Below, in pieces: positions 8,832-18,483 of a stretch of 64,000 nt of DNA. The notes beneath the pieces are model-generated. The model was not told the origin of the DNA. It saw nothing but the letters and a program-made list of their open reading frames with translations, and searched no databases. Position 1 is the stretch's first letter. Each line of letters begins with the position of its first letter. Source of the stretch: a virus. The DNA lies in IMG/VR virus record IMGVR_UViG_3300044591_000896, positions 51,480-115,479 of that record. One strand, given 5' to 3'. The translations under genes were made by a program, and so were the position numbers.

Positions 8832-9025
8832 TAGCCCACCTGATGCTTTGTCTCATGTCCATTGGAACATGTCCATTGCATAGTTAAACTTTCTGGATCC
8901 CACAACCCACCATCCACATCAAGCTCACATTTAGAACAGGGTCTTATACCTTCAAGGCTTTCCAATGTGGAACGCAAAGCCTCTTTCTGCTCTTTGTTAT
9001 TTAAGAATTCATTAAGATCTGGCAT
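8831..9025 (-). CDS. Hypothetical Zn-ribbon protein
   Basis: CSKC and CSNGH. Confidence 0.65.
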   Translation of the reverse strand: MPDLNEFLNNKEQKEALRSTLESLEGIRPCSKCELDVDGGLWDPESLTMQWTCSNGHETKHQVG

Positions 9026-10016
9026 TTATTTCATCAGCCAATTCTGTAACTACTTCTGGATTTTCTTTTAAGTAAGCAACTGCTTTTGCACGTCCCTGAA
9101 GTCTTTCTCCATTGACAGTATACCAAGCACCACCTTTTTCTACTACGCCAACCATTTCTGCAACATCTAATGTTTCTCCTACTGCATCTACTCCTAAGAT
9201 TTCTCCTTGATAGTAGAAGTCGTATTGTCCTGAAAGATTAGGGGGGCCGAGTTTGTTGTAATCAATAATCCAATTGACTGGTCTGCCAACTCTTTGCTCA
9301 ATGATTTTGTCACCAACTTTAATGCCCGCTTTAATCGCATTAGCCTCAGCTTCTGAAGACCATAGCTTAATGACCGTGGAAGAGAAGAATTTAACTGCCA
9401 TTCCTCCTGTCGGAATATGGGAGGCATGCATAGATCCAAATTGATTTCTTTGCTGTGAGATGAGTACCAATAGTGTATTTTTGTTTGCATAATTTAACAT
9501 CTTGACTGCATGAGTCATATCCTTTGCTTCTGCTCCGATTTGCTTAGTGTCTTGCAAATCTTTCATTTCATTTCCATCTTTTTCAAAATAAATTGCTGGC
9601 AATAGTGCTGAGATTGAGTCTACAACAATGATATCAACACCAGCATCCATTAGCTTTGTAGCAACATCAACCATATCATTTACAGTTTTTGCTGGTGAAT
9701 AGATAAGAGAAGAGGAATCTACTCCAAGCATTTCTGCCCAAGACTGGTCGTATGAAGCTTCAGCATCAATCCAAGCACATGTCTTTCCCTCTTTTTGTGC
9801 CATGCCAATCATCTGCAGACAGAAAGAAGACTTACCAGCAGACTTGTTTCCCCAAACTAAAACCTGTCTTCCATATCCAAGCCCACCTTTTAATGCCATG
9901 TTTAAACCAATGCTAGGTGTCAACTGCTTTTCAACTTTTACGTCTTGTGCAGACTGAACTCTTGCTCTAGTTTTTGGATCTAACTTTGCTAATATATCAT
10001 TTATTTGTATAGTCAT
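9012..10016 (-). CDS. recA: RecA/UvsX-like recombinase
   Basis: Walker A GNKSAGKSS, WIDAE, IVVDSI, PTGGMAVKF, KGGAWY. Confidence 0.93.
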   Translation of the reverse strand: MTIQINDILAKLDPKTRARVQSAQDVKVEKQLTPSIGLNMALKGGLGYGRQVLVWGNKSAGKSSFCLQMIGMAQKEGKTCAWIDAEASYDQSWAEMLGVDSSSLIYSPAKTVNDMVDVATKLMDAGVDIIVVDSISALLPAIYFEKDGNEMKDLQDTKQIGAEAKDMTHAVKMLNYANKNTLLVLISQQRNQFGSMHASHIPTGGMAVKFFSSTVIKLWSSEAEANAIKAGIKVGDKIIEQRVGRPVNWIIDYNKLGPPNLSGQYDFYYQGEILGVDAVGETLDVAEMVGVVEKGGAWYTVNGERLQGRAKAVAYLKENPEVVTELADEINARS

Positions 10017-10036
10017 ATAAACCTTTTCTTTGTATT

Positions 10037-10045
10037 AGTATAGCA
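10037..10045 (-). promoter_or_regulatory. Extended -10 promoter (TGCTATACT) for recA
   Basis: TGn-TATACT in the 29-bp gap, upstream of an AAAGG RBS. Confidence 0.55.
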
Positions 10046-10387
10046 TTAAAACAAATTCCCGTGAAGCCTTTGTCTCTCTTTATTTTTATTTATTTTATTG
10101 TCCATTACTTCATCCAAAGAATGTTCAACAAATCCTTCATTCATCATTGCAGCATAAAGGTCAAGTAGTCTAATAATTACATCAGCCATCTCTTCTACAA
10201 TTTCTTCTGATCCTTTATCTTTACGAATAGCTTCTAGTACTTCAGTTACTTCTGAATGAACCAAGGCAAGCTTGTTGCCAATCTTGTCATATGTAATCTC
10301 GCCATCCCAAAAACCTTTTTCTAAAGCTAACTCATGTAGGACTGCTGCAAATGCATCAAGTCCATAATCAGTGCTTAGAGCTGTCAT
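10046..10387 (-). CDS. MazG-like nucleotide pyrophosphohydrolase
   Basis: HSEVTEVLEAIRK...EEMADVIIR. Confidence 0.85.
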   Translation of the reverse strand: MTALSTDYGLDAFAAVLHELALEKGFWDGEITYDKIGNKLALVHSEVTEVLEAIRKDKGSEEIVEEMADVIIRLLDLYAAMMNEGFVEHSLDEVMDNKINKNKERQRLHGNLF

Positions 10388-10580
10388 CTTTTACCTTTAA
10401 CTTAAATACAAATGTCTGATTATCTGCATCATAATCAACCTGTAGTTCCTTGTCCTCATTTAAAGCATCAATTAAAACACTGGTAGGAACCATTAGCTCC
10501 TTGTGTGATTCTAATATTGCTACTAATATCTTTGTAACATTTAGCTGTGCAAAGATATCCTCTGGTGCTTCTTCTGTCAT
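10368..10580 (-). CDS. Hypothetical protein
   Basis: ATGA-coupled to dnaE. Confidence 0.65.
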   Translation of the reverse strand: MTEEAPEDIFAQLNVTKILVAILESHKELMVPTSVLIDALNEDKELQVDYDADNQTFVFKLKVKDDSSKH

Positions 10581-13500
10581 AGTATTTCCTTTATATTCAA
10601 TGTGCCGTCATCTAATTTAGATAGCACAACCTTACACTTCATTCCCTCTCGCATTTTAGCAAGAGACATCTTATACATTGTTGGGAAAGCAATAACTCTA
10701 GTTAATTCTTTATCCTTGTTAGACAATACAATATGGCTCATTTGTTTTCCAGCCTTTGTTGTATATGGAGTAAAGTTAACTACAATATACTCATCTTCCT
10801 CTAGGTCATATTCTTTTCTATATAGGTAGTCGACAAACAAATCATCTGACTTAGGATCAATATCGCTTACCTTAATATATCTGGCAATACGATTATCTCC
10901 AACTAAAATAAAGTACATCTGATTGGTTTCAATTTGTGTTTGCTCTGTATGGAATAGACCAATAGAACCAGTTTCATCTACCAGTTCAACTCTTGCCCAG
11001 CCACTTCCACGCTTAATTGATTTAACCATTCCAAACATTACAAATGAACCTAGGTCATCGAAGTCTTGAATTGGTCTTGCCTGCGCTTTAATACGTGGCG
11101 GAATTCCAGCTAAATTAAATGTTGGTATTCCTAGGTATTCGTAGTAGTTGTCTTTCTCGTTACCTTGTCTTGGATTATCGTCAAAAGCCGCACCACCGAT
11201 GGAATTAAGAGCAGTGATAGCCCTGCTATTAATGCCGCTACCTTTTTTCGACGCCTTATCAATGAAATCAGCATAGTCTTTGTATGGTCTCTTTTCTATG
11301 ATCTTGTTTGCAATACTGTCTGAGATAAACTTTACCTCAGCTAAACCAAATCTAATAGACTCTCCTTGTAAAGAGAAGTAAATATCAGACTCGTTAATGT
11401 GTGGAAGCTTGATACTCAAGCCAAGTCTTTTTGCTTCAATTAAATATTCTGTTCTTGCGTCCTTGTCATTTTCGTTTTTAAGAATCGAGAACATGAATTC
11501 CAAAGGATAATAAGTTTTGAGCCAAGCAGTATAGTAAGATAGCATAGAGTAAGCAACAGCATGGGAACGGTTAAAAGAATAACCTGCGTGAGCCTCAAAG
11601 TCATGCCATAGTTCTTCTGCTTTTTTCTTAGTAATGTGCTTTGAAGCCCCAGTAACAAACTGATCTTTGAATTGGTCGAACTCTTTTGCATCTTTCTTTT
11701 TACCAATAATCTTGCGTACCTTGTCGGCTTCAGACCAAGACATCCCTCCTAGGTGTACGCATGCCTGCATAACCTGCTCTTGATATATAATAACACCATA
11801 TGTGTTTTCTGTAAAAGGCTTAAGAATGGTGTGCGTATATTCTACCGCTTCACGACCATGCTTACGATTAATATAAGATGCACCAACTGTATTCATCGCA
11901 CCAGGGCGAACTAGGGCATTTGATGCAGCAAGATCTTCAAATTTGTCTACACCCATTTTCATTAAAAGGTTTGTGTATGGGGTTGCTTCTGCCTGAAACA
12001 CTCCCTTTGTATAACCTTCTGAAAGCATTTGATAAACCTTTGGGTCATCCATAGATAGCCCAGAAAGATTAATATCCTTCTTGTGTCTTTTTTTAATTGA
12101 GCCAAGAGTGTCTGATATTACAGATAAAGTTTTAAGACCTAGCGCATCTAGCTTAATAAGACCAATGTCTGCAACGGTATCCATATCATATGCTACAACA
12201 GGAATTCTTCCTGAAACTTTGTCCTGTGAGTCTTCACGAGATTCAACTGGGGCAAACTTTCGCAAGTCATCTTTTGCTACCACAACTCCAGCAGCATGTA
12301 CTCCAACTGACCTGATTCTTCCACGAAGTCTGTCTGCAAGCCAAACTACTTCTGGGTACCGCAATCTAAATTCTTTTGTGTTTGGTGAGTCAATAAAATC
12401 TTCAAATGTATCTACAGACTTAAGTGCACGATTAACCTCTTGAAGTGGAACCATAAATACACGAGCAGCATCTCTAACAACTCCCTTATCCTTAAAGTAG
12501 GTATAGGTTGAAATAGAAGCAACATGCTTAAATCTTTTCTTTAAATAATCTTTAACCTCTTTGCGACGACGGTCTTCAAAGTCAGTATCAATATCTGGAA
12601 AGTCATTTCGCTCTGGGTTAATAAAACGGAAGAACAGCAAGTCATATTCAATTGGATCTACATCTGTAATTCCAAGAGCATAGCAAACTAATGATCCAGC
12701 TGCTGAACCACGGCCAGGACCTACACGAATATCATTTTCCTTGGCCCAGTTAATCATGTCTGCAACCACTAGGAAATAGGAGGCAAAATTCTTTGAAGCA
12801 ATAATGTCTAGCTCTTCCCTTAGCCTGTCCCTATAAATAGGGTCTGAAGCCTTCTGAAGCCCCTCTAAGCCCTTTTCAGACAACTCTAGTAGTCTTTCAT
12901 CGGCATCAGTCTTTGGGACTGGCAGAAGGTCTAGACCCTGATAGAAATCATACTCCTCAACCTTATTTGCAATCTCCATAGTATTTTCATATATGTCTGT
13001 TCGATTAATCCCAGCCTTATTAAAGTCTGCCTCAATTTCTGAGCGTGACTGAATAAATAGGTTGTAGTCTTGGAATGATATTCTTCTATCTGGATAGAGA
13101 TAATTAAATCTGTCAAGCATGTCCTTAATATTTCTAGACATGTCAAAGTCTGTATCCTTATCTGCCTTTGGTGATGTGGACAGAATAAGTAATGCTTCTT
13201 CTAATATTCTGTCTTCTTCTTTAGCAAAGTGAGCATCTCCAGTTGCCACCGCCTTAATTTTAAGCTCGTCAGCAAGATCAAGAAGAGCAGCATTTATTTC
13301 TGGCGGATTATGAGATTGAACCTCCACATAAAAATCTTCTTGAAAAGTTTGCTTAAAGTCTTTGAGTATAAGCCTTGCTTCTCCCAATTCGCCTTTTTCG
13401 ATGCACTTACTAATAAGACCATTAAGGCATCCGCTAAGTACAATAATACCTTCTGCATATTCTTTTAAAACCTCTCTATCAATGCGTGGCTTATGATAAA

Positions 13501-13846
13501 AGCCTTCATTCCACGCAAGCTCTTGAAGCGTGTTAATATTTTCTAGCCCCTTCTTATTTTTTGCAAGAAGGATAATATGGTTGTAAGCCTGAATAGATTT
13601 ATCTGTTTTAGATGATCTATCAAATCTATCTGTGGGTGAGATGTATGCCTCTACACCAAGGATTGGTTTAACTCCTAATTCTTTTGCAGCAATCTGCATA
13701 TCACGATGTGATGAAAGTGTTCCATGATCTGTAATTGCAATTGCTGTTTGTCCAGCATCTAGTGCAGCCTGACATAGCTCTTTGGGTGAGTTTAGCCCAT
13801 CCATTAATGAATAGTATGAGTGGACGTGAAGGTGTGTAAAGCTCAT
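10577..13846 (-). CDS. dnaE: DNA polymerase III alpha subunit
   Basis: PHP domain HLHVHSYYSLMDG / TDHG, GRGSAAGS, PDIDTD catalytic motif, YSFNRSHA; start taken at MSFTHLH. Confidence 0.96.
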   Translation of the reverse strand: MSFTHLHVHSYYSLMDGLNSPKELCQAALDAGQTAIAITDHGTLSSHRDMQIAAKELGVKPILGVEAYISPTDRFDRSSKTDKSIQAYNHIILLAKNKKGLENINTLQELAWNEGFYHKPRIDREVLKEYAEGIIVLSGCLNGLISKCIEKGELGEARLILKDFKQTFQEDFYVEVQSHNPPEINAALLDLADELKIKAVATGDAHFAKEEDRILEEALLILSTSPKADKDTDFDMSRNIKDMLDRFNYLYPDRRISFQDYNLFIQSRSEIEADFNKAGINRTDIYENTMEIANKVEEYDFYQGLDLLPVPKTDADERLLELSEKGLEGLQKASDPIYRDRLREELDIIASKNFASYFLVVADMINWAKENDIRVGPGRGSAAGSLVCYALGITDVDPIEYDLLFFRFINPERNDFPDIDTDFEDRRRKEVKDYLKKRFKHVASISTYTYFKDKGVVRDAARVFMVPLQEVNRALKSVDTFEDFIDSPNTKEFRLRYPEVVWLADRLRGRIRSVGVHAAGVVVAKDDLRKFAPVESREDSQDKVSGRIPVVAYDMDTVADIGLIKLDALGLKTLSVISDTLGSIKKRHKKDINLSGLSMDDPKVYQMLSEGYTKGVFQAEATPYTNLLMKMGVDKFEDLAASNALVRPGAMNTVGASYINRKHGREAVEYTHTILKPFTENTYGVIIYQEQVMQACVHLGGMSWSEADKVRKIIGKKKDAKEFDQFKDQFVTGASKHITKKKAEELWHDFEAHAGYSFNRSHAVAYSMLSYYTAWLKTYYPLEFMFSILKNENDKDARTEYLIEAKRLGLSIKLPHINESDIYFSLQGESIRFGLAEVKFISDSIANKIIEKRPYKDYADFIDKASKKGSGINSRAITALNSIGGAAFDDNPRQGNEKDNYYEYLGIPTFNLAGIPPRIKAQARPIQDFDDLGSFVMFGMVKSIKRGSGWARVELVDETGSIGLFHTEQTQIETNQMYFILVGDNRIARYIKVSDIDPKSDDLFVDYLYRKEYDLEEDEYIVVNFTPYTTKAGKQMSHIVLSNKDKELTRVIAFPTMYKMSLAKMREGMKCKVVLSKLDDGTLNIKEIL

Positions 13847-14052
13847 TAGTATCCGCCCAAGCATTCATTTCTAGTATGATAAAGTCTAATCTTTGTCATA
13901 GTCTTTTTATTAGGAGCATATAAATCTTCTCCACAACACGCAGCTTTTAAGTACCATTCTTTTGCAAAGAAGTCGTACATCAAGCCTTTATAGCTAGCAT
14001 ATTTCTTAGCTACAAAAGTTTCAAATGGATCTGGTATTTCTAAGTTAATCAT
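13846..14052 (-). CDS. Hypothetical protein
   Basis: Stop overlaps the dnaE start; CC...H...C residues. Confidence 0.6.
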   Translation of the reverse strand: MINLEIPDPFETFVAKKYASYKGLMYDFFAKEWYLKAACCGEDLYAPNKKTMTKIRLYHTRNECLGGY

Positions 14053-14072
14053 TTCCGCCGTTTTCTATTATG

Positions 14073-14145
14073 TACCAAAGGTGGGATTCGAACCCACGCT
14101 GTATAGATTTTAAGTCTACCGCCTCTACCGCTGGGCTACTCTGGC
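14073..14145 (-). tRNA. tRNA-Leu(UAA), short variable loop
   Basis: Acceptor GCCAGAG/CTTTGGT, anticodon arm GTAGA-CTTAAAA-TCTAT, T arm GTGGG-TTCGAAT-CCCAC, discriminator A. Confidence 0.88.
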
Positions 14146-14148
14146 AGA

Positions 14149-14170
14149 GTGGGGCGGTGACCCGCCCCAC
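14149..14170 (-). other. GC-rich stem-loop between the SSB stop and tRNA-Leu
   Basis: GTGGGGCGG-N4-CCGCCCCAC, perfect 9-bp stem, no U tract. Confidence 0.7.
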
Positions 14171-14175
14171 CTTTA

Positions 14176-14850
14176 CTACCAGTCTAAGCTGCTGCTTGTT
14201 GAAGAGTTTGTCTCTTCTACCTGTCCGCCTTCGCCAGCAAAGAATGACTCTTGATCAGTGTATGGTAAATCACGCACTGCAGTAGTCTCTAAGTCATACA
14301 ATTCTACAGTAGATAAATCAAATGCTGTTTCATCTTTTGCTAGTGGAATGATTGTATAACTAGTATCTGTTTTTGTACCTGAACGCTTAATGCGCCACAT
14401 AAGGTTTGTAATTGAGCCCATCTCTCCTGCGTATTCAATTAGTGTAGGTGTAATTGTTTTTCCGCTTGAGCCCTGTGAAAGAATTGCTACGTATGGATCT
14501 TCTTTGCCGTCATCAATAAGTACATTAATGTAAAGTCGTGAACGACCCTTCCATCCTGCCTTGTAATCCTTACGATGTTGTTCGCAACCATAGCATTTGC
14601 CTTGGTCATCCATTGTGCAAAGTGCCTTACGGCGATAGTCCTTTGGATTTGTGTGTTCAACTGCAATAAATCCAAGTCCAGCTTTTTCATTGTATGTTGG
14701 TGAGTCTGGGTCAAGCTCTTGTAGAAAACGAATCTTAACGCTTTCTGCATCCTCTAGCTTTGCCCAACGTGCTTTTGTGCTATCTCCTTCTGAATATGAA
14801 GGCTTGTCCATTACTTGATTTAGTCCCTTGAGACCTTTTACGATTCCCAT
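14176..14850 (-). CDS. Phage gp32-like ssDNA-binding protein
   Basis: VKIRFL, H...C...CYGC Zn ligands, WRIKRSG..TDTSY, acidic/Ser tail ending LDW; located between primase and DnaE. Confidence 0.75.
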   Translation of the reverse strand: MGIVKGLKGLNQVMDKPSYSEGDSTKARWAKLEDAESVKIRFLQELDPDSPTYNEKAGLGFIAVEHTNPKDYRRKALCTMDDQGKCYGCEQHRKDYKAGWKGRSRLYINVLIDDGKEDPYVAILSQGSSGKTITPTLIEYAGEMGSITNLMWRIKRSGTKTDTSYTIIPLAKDETAFDLSTVELYDLETTAVRDLPYTDQESFFAGEGGQVEETNSSTSSSLDW

Positions 14851-14894
14851 ATTTTCTCCTTTATAGTTGATGGTATAGATCCATCTGTTCTTTT

Positions 14895-14903
14895 ATTATA
14901 TCA
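14895..14903 (-). promoter_or_regulatory. Extended -10 promoter (TGATATAAT)
   Basis: Consensus motif 45 nt upstream of the gp32-like gene. Confidence 0.6.
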
Positions 14904-15899
14904 CGGGCTCCAAGATTGATATTCAATATTGGATACTGCGTTTTTAATACAAGCTTTAATCTCCTCTTGGGTCATATCGCCTACATCTTTTGCATCATGT
15001 GGGTATATCTTACCATATTCGTAAGAAGCCCACAAGAGGTCTTTATTGCGTAGCCTGCTGGCTATATTGTTTCCAAGCTCTCTTCCTGCTTGGTCTGAGT
15101 CTGTCATTATAATTATTCTATTAAAGTATTTATTTAATAATGAAATATTGTCTGATGATATGTGTCCGCCAAGTGTTGCTACTACATTTGGGAAGCCTGC
15201 TTGATGAACTAATATAGCATCAAAGTTAGACTCAACAATGATTACGATTCCGCCTTCTCTTTTTGCTCTATGAATATTAAACATGGTTTTGCTTCTTGGA
15301 AGGTTAGTGCTATTCTTAAATCTTTTATCTGAGATTGATCTACCAACTAATCCGACTGGGATTCCGTCTGGGCTATGGACTGGTGTGATTACCATGCCAG
15401 TTGCATTTGAGTATCCAAGACCAAAGTATTTCATTGACTCTTCATTAATTCCTCTAGACTCCAAGTAGTCTCTAGGACCTTTATTGCCGAACAGATCTGC
15501 ATGCAATCTGTCTAAGACTTCTTGTGAAAATTCTTCAAACTCTGGCTTGTCTTCCATAACAGAGCTTAGCATTTCATCAAAGTTATCAAGAACAATATTT
15601 TCTTTTGAGAACACATATCTCATTGCTTGAAAATCATTTTTATGCAATACTCTTTTAACAAGATCAATTACTGATCCTGACTCTCCACATGATGGATTAA
15701 AGCATAGCCATGCGCCAGTTGTTTTACTTATGCTACAACTAGCACTGTGTCTATTGGAGTGAAATGGGCAGTAGAAAGCTATCTCAACATCAGTTTCACC
15801 AGTACAGTCTAGGCCTATTCCTTTTACTATAGCCTTGATGTGGTCTGGGGCATACTGCGTGGAATCAACTTTCCTTGCGTAATTCCCTCTGACTGCCAT
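14901..15899 (-). CDS. dnaG: DNA primase (CHC2 Zn finger + TOPRIM)
   Basis: CPFH...CFNPSC; VESNFDA; TDSDQAG. Start uncertain. Confidence 0.9.
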   Translation of the reverse strand: MAVRGNYARKVDSTQYAPDHIKAIVKGIGLDCTGETDVEIAFYCPFHSNRHSASCSISKTTGAWLCFNPSCGESGSVIDLVKRVLHKNDFQAMRYVFSKENIVLDNFDEMLSSVMEDKPEFEEFSQEVLDRLHADLFGNKGPRDYLESRGINEESMKYFGLGYSNATGMVITPVHSPDGIPVGLVGRSISDKRFKNSTNLPRSKTMFNIHRAKREGGIVIIVESNFDAILVHQAGFPNVVATLGGHISSDNISLLNKYFNRIIIMTDSDQAGRELGNNIASRLRNKDLLWASYEYGKIYPHDAKDVGDMTQEEIKACIKNAVSNIEYQSWSP

Positions 15900-16126
15900 G
15901 CTTTCTTCTTTCCTACATATACTCCATAGAGTGTCATTAAGAACACCCATGTTTGTCCGTCAAATTCTACCGAAAATGCTGGGTTTATGTCAAGTACTCT
16001 TGCATAACCCTTTCCCTTCATGTCTTGCGTTAGAAGACTTTCATACTGTGCTCTAACTCTAATCATGTCGGAATCGTCTTTGAACTCAACCTTTACTTGA
16101 AATCTTTTTATCTGTTTGTGATTCAT
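15827..16126 (-). CDS. Hypothetical protein between helicase and primase
   Basis: Overlaps both neighbours; start taken at MNHKQ. Confidence 0.6.
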   Translation of the reverse strand: MNHKQIKRFQVKVEFKDDSDMIRVRAQYESLLTQDMKGKGYARVLDINPAFSVEFDGQTWVFLMTLYGVYVGKKKAWQSEGITQGKLIPRSMPQTTSRL

Positions 16127-17354
16127 CTTTTTGGAAAGGATTCTCATAAATTTCTTTGACGATACCACGGTTGATATCCCAATCTAAATATAGACCAAAC
16201 TCATGGCCGTGTCTATTCTTCCTTGAAACAACCTCAATCATATTAGTGCCTGGGTATCTGTGAACAGCCATTGCCATATCAGCATCATACTCGATAGCTT
16301 TAGACCAAGCAACTTGACTCATCATTGGAGGGTTATCTTGATCTGAAACATCGTCTGCAGTTGCTGCAGTAATGTCGATAATTGGAATGTTGTTAGAAAC
16401 AGCAAGCATTTTAAATTCACGAGATACGTTTCTATTTCTCTCAACTTCTGAGTTGCTTCTCTTGTTATCATTAAACAGCTGGTGATAGTCAAGGATAACT
16501 AAGTCTGGCTTGTGCTGGTCAATCTTTCCTTGAATGGTTGCTGGGGTAACTTCTGTGTTACCTTCATTTGAAATAAGAATAAAACTATTCTTGTCCGCAA
16601 ACTTCTTTGTAGACCATGAACGGAAGTCATCAATATTGATATCTCCCTTTGAAAAGTCTGATGCCTTAAATAAACCAGAGCCTAGCATTGTATAAATACG
16701 GTCACGCATATTCTCTGGTGACATCTCAAGGGAAACAATCATTGGCTTAAAGCCTTGCTCCCAAGCCTTACATGCCAAGTAAGAAGTAAACCATGTCTTA
16801 CCACGTCCAGGCCATCCAATAGCCACGATTAAATGTCCAGGAGCCATTCCTGTTGGGTATGCTAAGTCAATGGCCTCAAAACCAGTTTTAATTCCTGGTG
16901 ATCCACCCATCTCGGCAGAACGTACACGAAGTAATTCCATATGCCTAATTGCAGCATCTGCATCTGTAATGTCTAAGTCTCTAACGTTATTTGTAAATCT
17001 ACTTAGGTTTGCAAGCTGGCTTTGCATCTGCTCTAGAACTCTTGATGCAGCATCTTCTTTTAATGCAGAGCCACTCTTTAAAATAATATTCTTTAGTCTA
17101 TTAGACAAAAACTCATTCTTTAATGTATCAAGATAGTATCCAGTCTCTGCCTTTGTTTCTACTGGCTCAAAGTCTTTAAACTTTTCCTGAAGGATACCCA
17201 CTTCTGGAACAGCCTTGAATTTATAGTAGTATGACTTTAGGCCTTCCCAAATGTCTTTGTGCGAAGTAAATAGTTCATCCACATTGTCTGCCAGCAGTGT
17301 GCTAATGTCTTTATTCTTACATACTGCTGAGATAAGTGTTGCTTCTGTGTTCAC
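16086..17354 (-). CDS. dnaB: DnaB-like replicative helicase
   Basis: GWPGRGKT, SLEMS, ILDYHQL, IEYDAD, KNRHG. Confidence 0.93.
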   Translation of the reverse strand: MNTEATLISAVCKNKDISTLLADNVDELFTSHKDIWEGLKSYYYKFKAVPEVGILQEKFKDFEPVETKAETGYYLDTLKNEFLSNRLKNIILKSGSALKEDAASRVLEQMQSQLANLSRFTNNVRDLDITDADAAIRHMELLRVRSAEMGGSPGIKTGFEAIDLAYPTGMAPGHLIVAIGWPGRGKTWFTSYLACKAWEQGFKPMIVSLEMSPENMRDRIYTMLGSGLFKASDFSKGDINIDDFRSWSTKKFADKNSFILISNEGNTEVTPATIQGKIDQHKPDLVILDYHQLFNDNKRSNSEVERNRNVSREFKMLAVSNNIPIIDITAATADDVSDQDNPPMMSQVAWSKAIEYDADMAMAVHRYPGTNMIEVVSRKNRHGHEFGLYLDWDINRGIVKEIYENPFQKDESQTDKKISSKG

Positions 17355-17674
17355 TCTATTCCGCCCTGCTCTACCATCTTCTTCGTTTCTTCAAGTAACA
17401 AACGACGCTTTTCTTTATCTTTTTCTATTTCAATCTTTAGGGCATCCATCTTATCAAAGTTATAAAAGAAGAACTGTAGTGGGTGGCCATTCTTTGTAAG
17501 AGAGAAATAGTATATCAGAAGTTCTTTTGCACGATCAAAGCCTACACTATCAATGACATCTTGCATAGCCCACTTCTCACGAAACTTATTCATTGTTGGA
17601 ACTCTGCCGTACTTCTCTTTATAAAGGTTTTGATATAGCCCAATTAAAATGTATGGCTGCTTCTCACTTGCCAC
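17351..17674 (-). CDS. Hypothetical protein
   Basis: Coupled to dnaB by a GTGA overlap. Confidence 0.7.
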   Translation of the reverse strand: MASEKQPYILIGLYQNLYKEKYGRVPTMNKFREKWAMQDVIDSVGFDRAKELLIYYFSLTKNGHPLQFFFYNFDKMDALKIEIEKDKEKRRLLLEETKKMVEQGGIE

Positions 17675-17867
17675 TCTTAAGCTCTTCTTCTACTTCTTGA
17701 GTCTTTTGAATAAGCTTGTCTTCAACAAACTTGTATACACGCTCTGTGGCAGCATCAACATGCTCTCCATCTCTAACATCATCTTCTACTCCAATACCAA
17801 TCTTGATACTTTCATAGTTTCCAAGGTTACGTGTAAACGATAGGTCTACTTTAACTCTAGTTGTCAT
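17664..17867 (-). CDS. Hypothetical phage protein
   Basis: TRNLGNYES motif; GGAG RBS before ATG 17867. Confidence 0.7.
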   Translation of the reverse strand: MTTRVKVDLSFTRNLGNYESIKIGIGVEDDVRDGEHVDAATERVYKFVEDKLIQKTQEVEEELKSGK

Positions 17868-18352
17868 TACTCCGCCTTCCATACAGGTACAAACTTTCCA
17901 TCTTCTGTCTTAGTATACAATATTAAGTTGTGTTTGAGAAGCCCCAGTAATTCTGCCTTTGTTGGTACATCTGAAGAATGTCCTGAATCTAATATATGCT
18001 GGTGCATGTCCAAAATGTCTGACTCGCTAAACATATACTTAGACCAATTAGGATTCTCTGGGTCTCCTATAGGATAAATTTTTTGTGGAGTGATTACTTT
18101 ACCATCCAAGATATAATCTTGAATAGTAACCCTATGCCTATTAAGCATTGCCGCCACCTGCTTTACGCTATAGGCAGTCTCCATATATTTTTTAACCTGT
18201 GAATATGAATAAAGCATTCTCTTTTTATCTGGATAACACCAGGCAACTAATTCATCTTTTGATCTTGATGACCTAATAACCTTGTGTATCTTTTGATTTA
18301 AGAAGAAATACCGTAGTTCTTTTGATTTAGGTTTTCTACTTGATCTAGCCAT
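17867..18352 (-). CDS. HTH (MerR/excisionase-like) DNA-binding protein
   Basis: YSVKQVAAMLNRHRVTIQDY. Confidence 0.65.
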   Translation of the reverse strand: MARSSRKPKSKELRYFFLNQKIHKVIRSSRSKDELVAWCYPDKKRMLYSYSQVKKYMETAYSVKQVAAMLNRHRVTIQDYILDGKVITPQKIYPIGDPENPNWSKYMFSESDILDMHQHILDSGHSSDVPTKAELLGLLKHNLILYTKTEDGKFVPVWKAE

Positions 18353-18483
18353 TTACCGAAAGCACTCGTTTCTTTATTAATCATCCAGCGTTTTCCACAC
18401 ATCACACAGAACATTTCCATGTGTAGCTTTTGAGAAAATACTCTATCTACAAAAACTCTTCCACCGCATTTAGAGCACCACAT
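18298..18483 (-). CDS. Small Zn-ribbon protein
   Basis: CSKC and CVMC. Confidence 0.7.
   Translation of the reverse strand: MWCSKCGGRVFVDRVFSQKLHMEMFCVMCGKRWMINKETSAFGKWLDQVENLNQKNYGISS

Noticed and set aside
10577-13846. Inteins or introns in DnaE (also checked DnaB, RecA and TerL)
   Set aside because: Lengths are ordinary and no C/S...HN-C/S/T splice junctions or LAGLIDADG motifs were seen.
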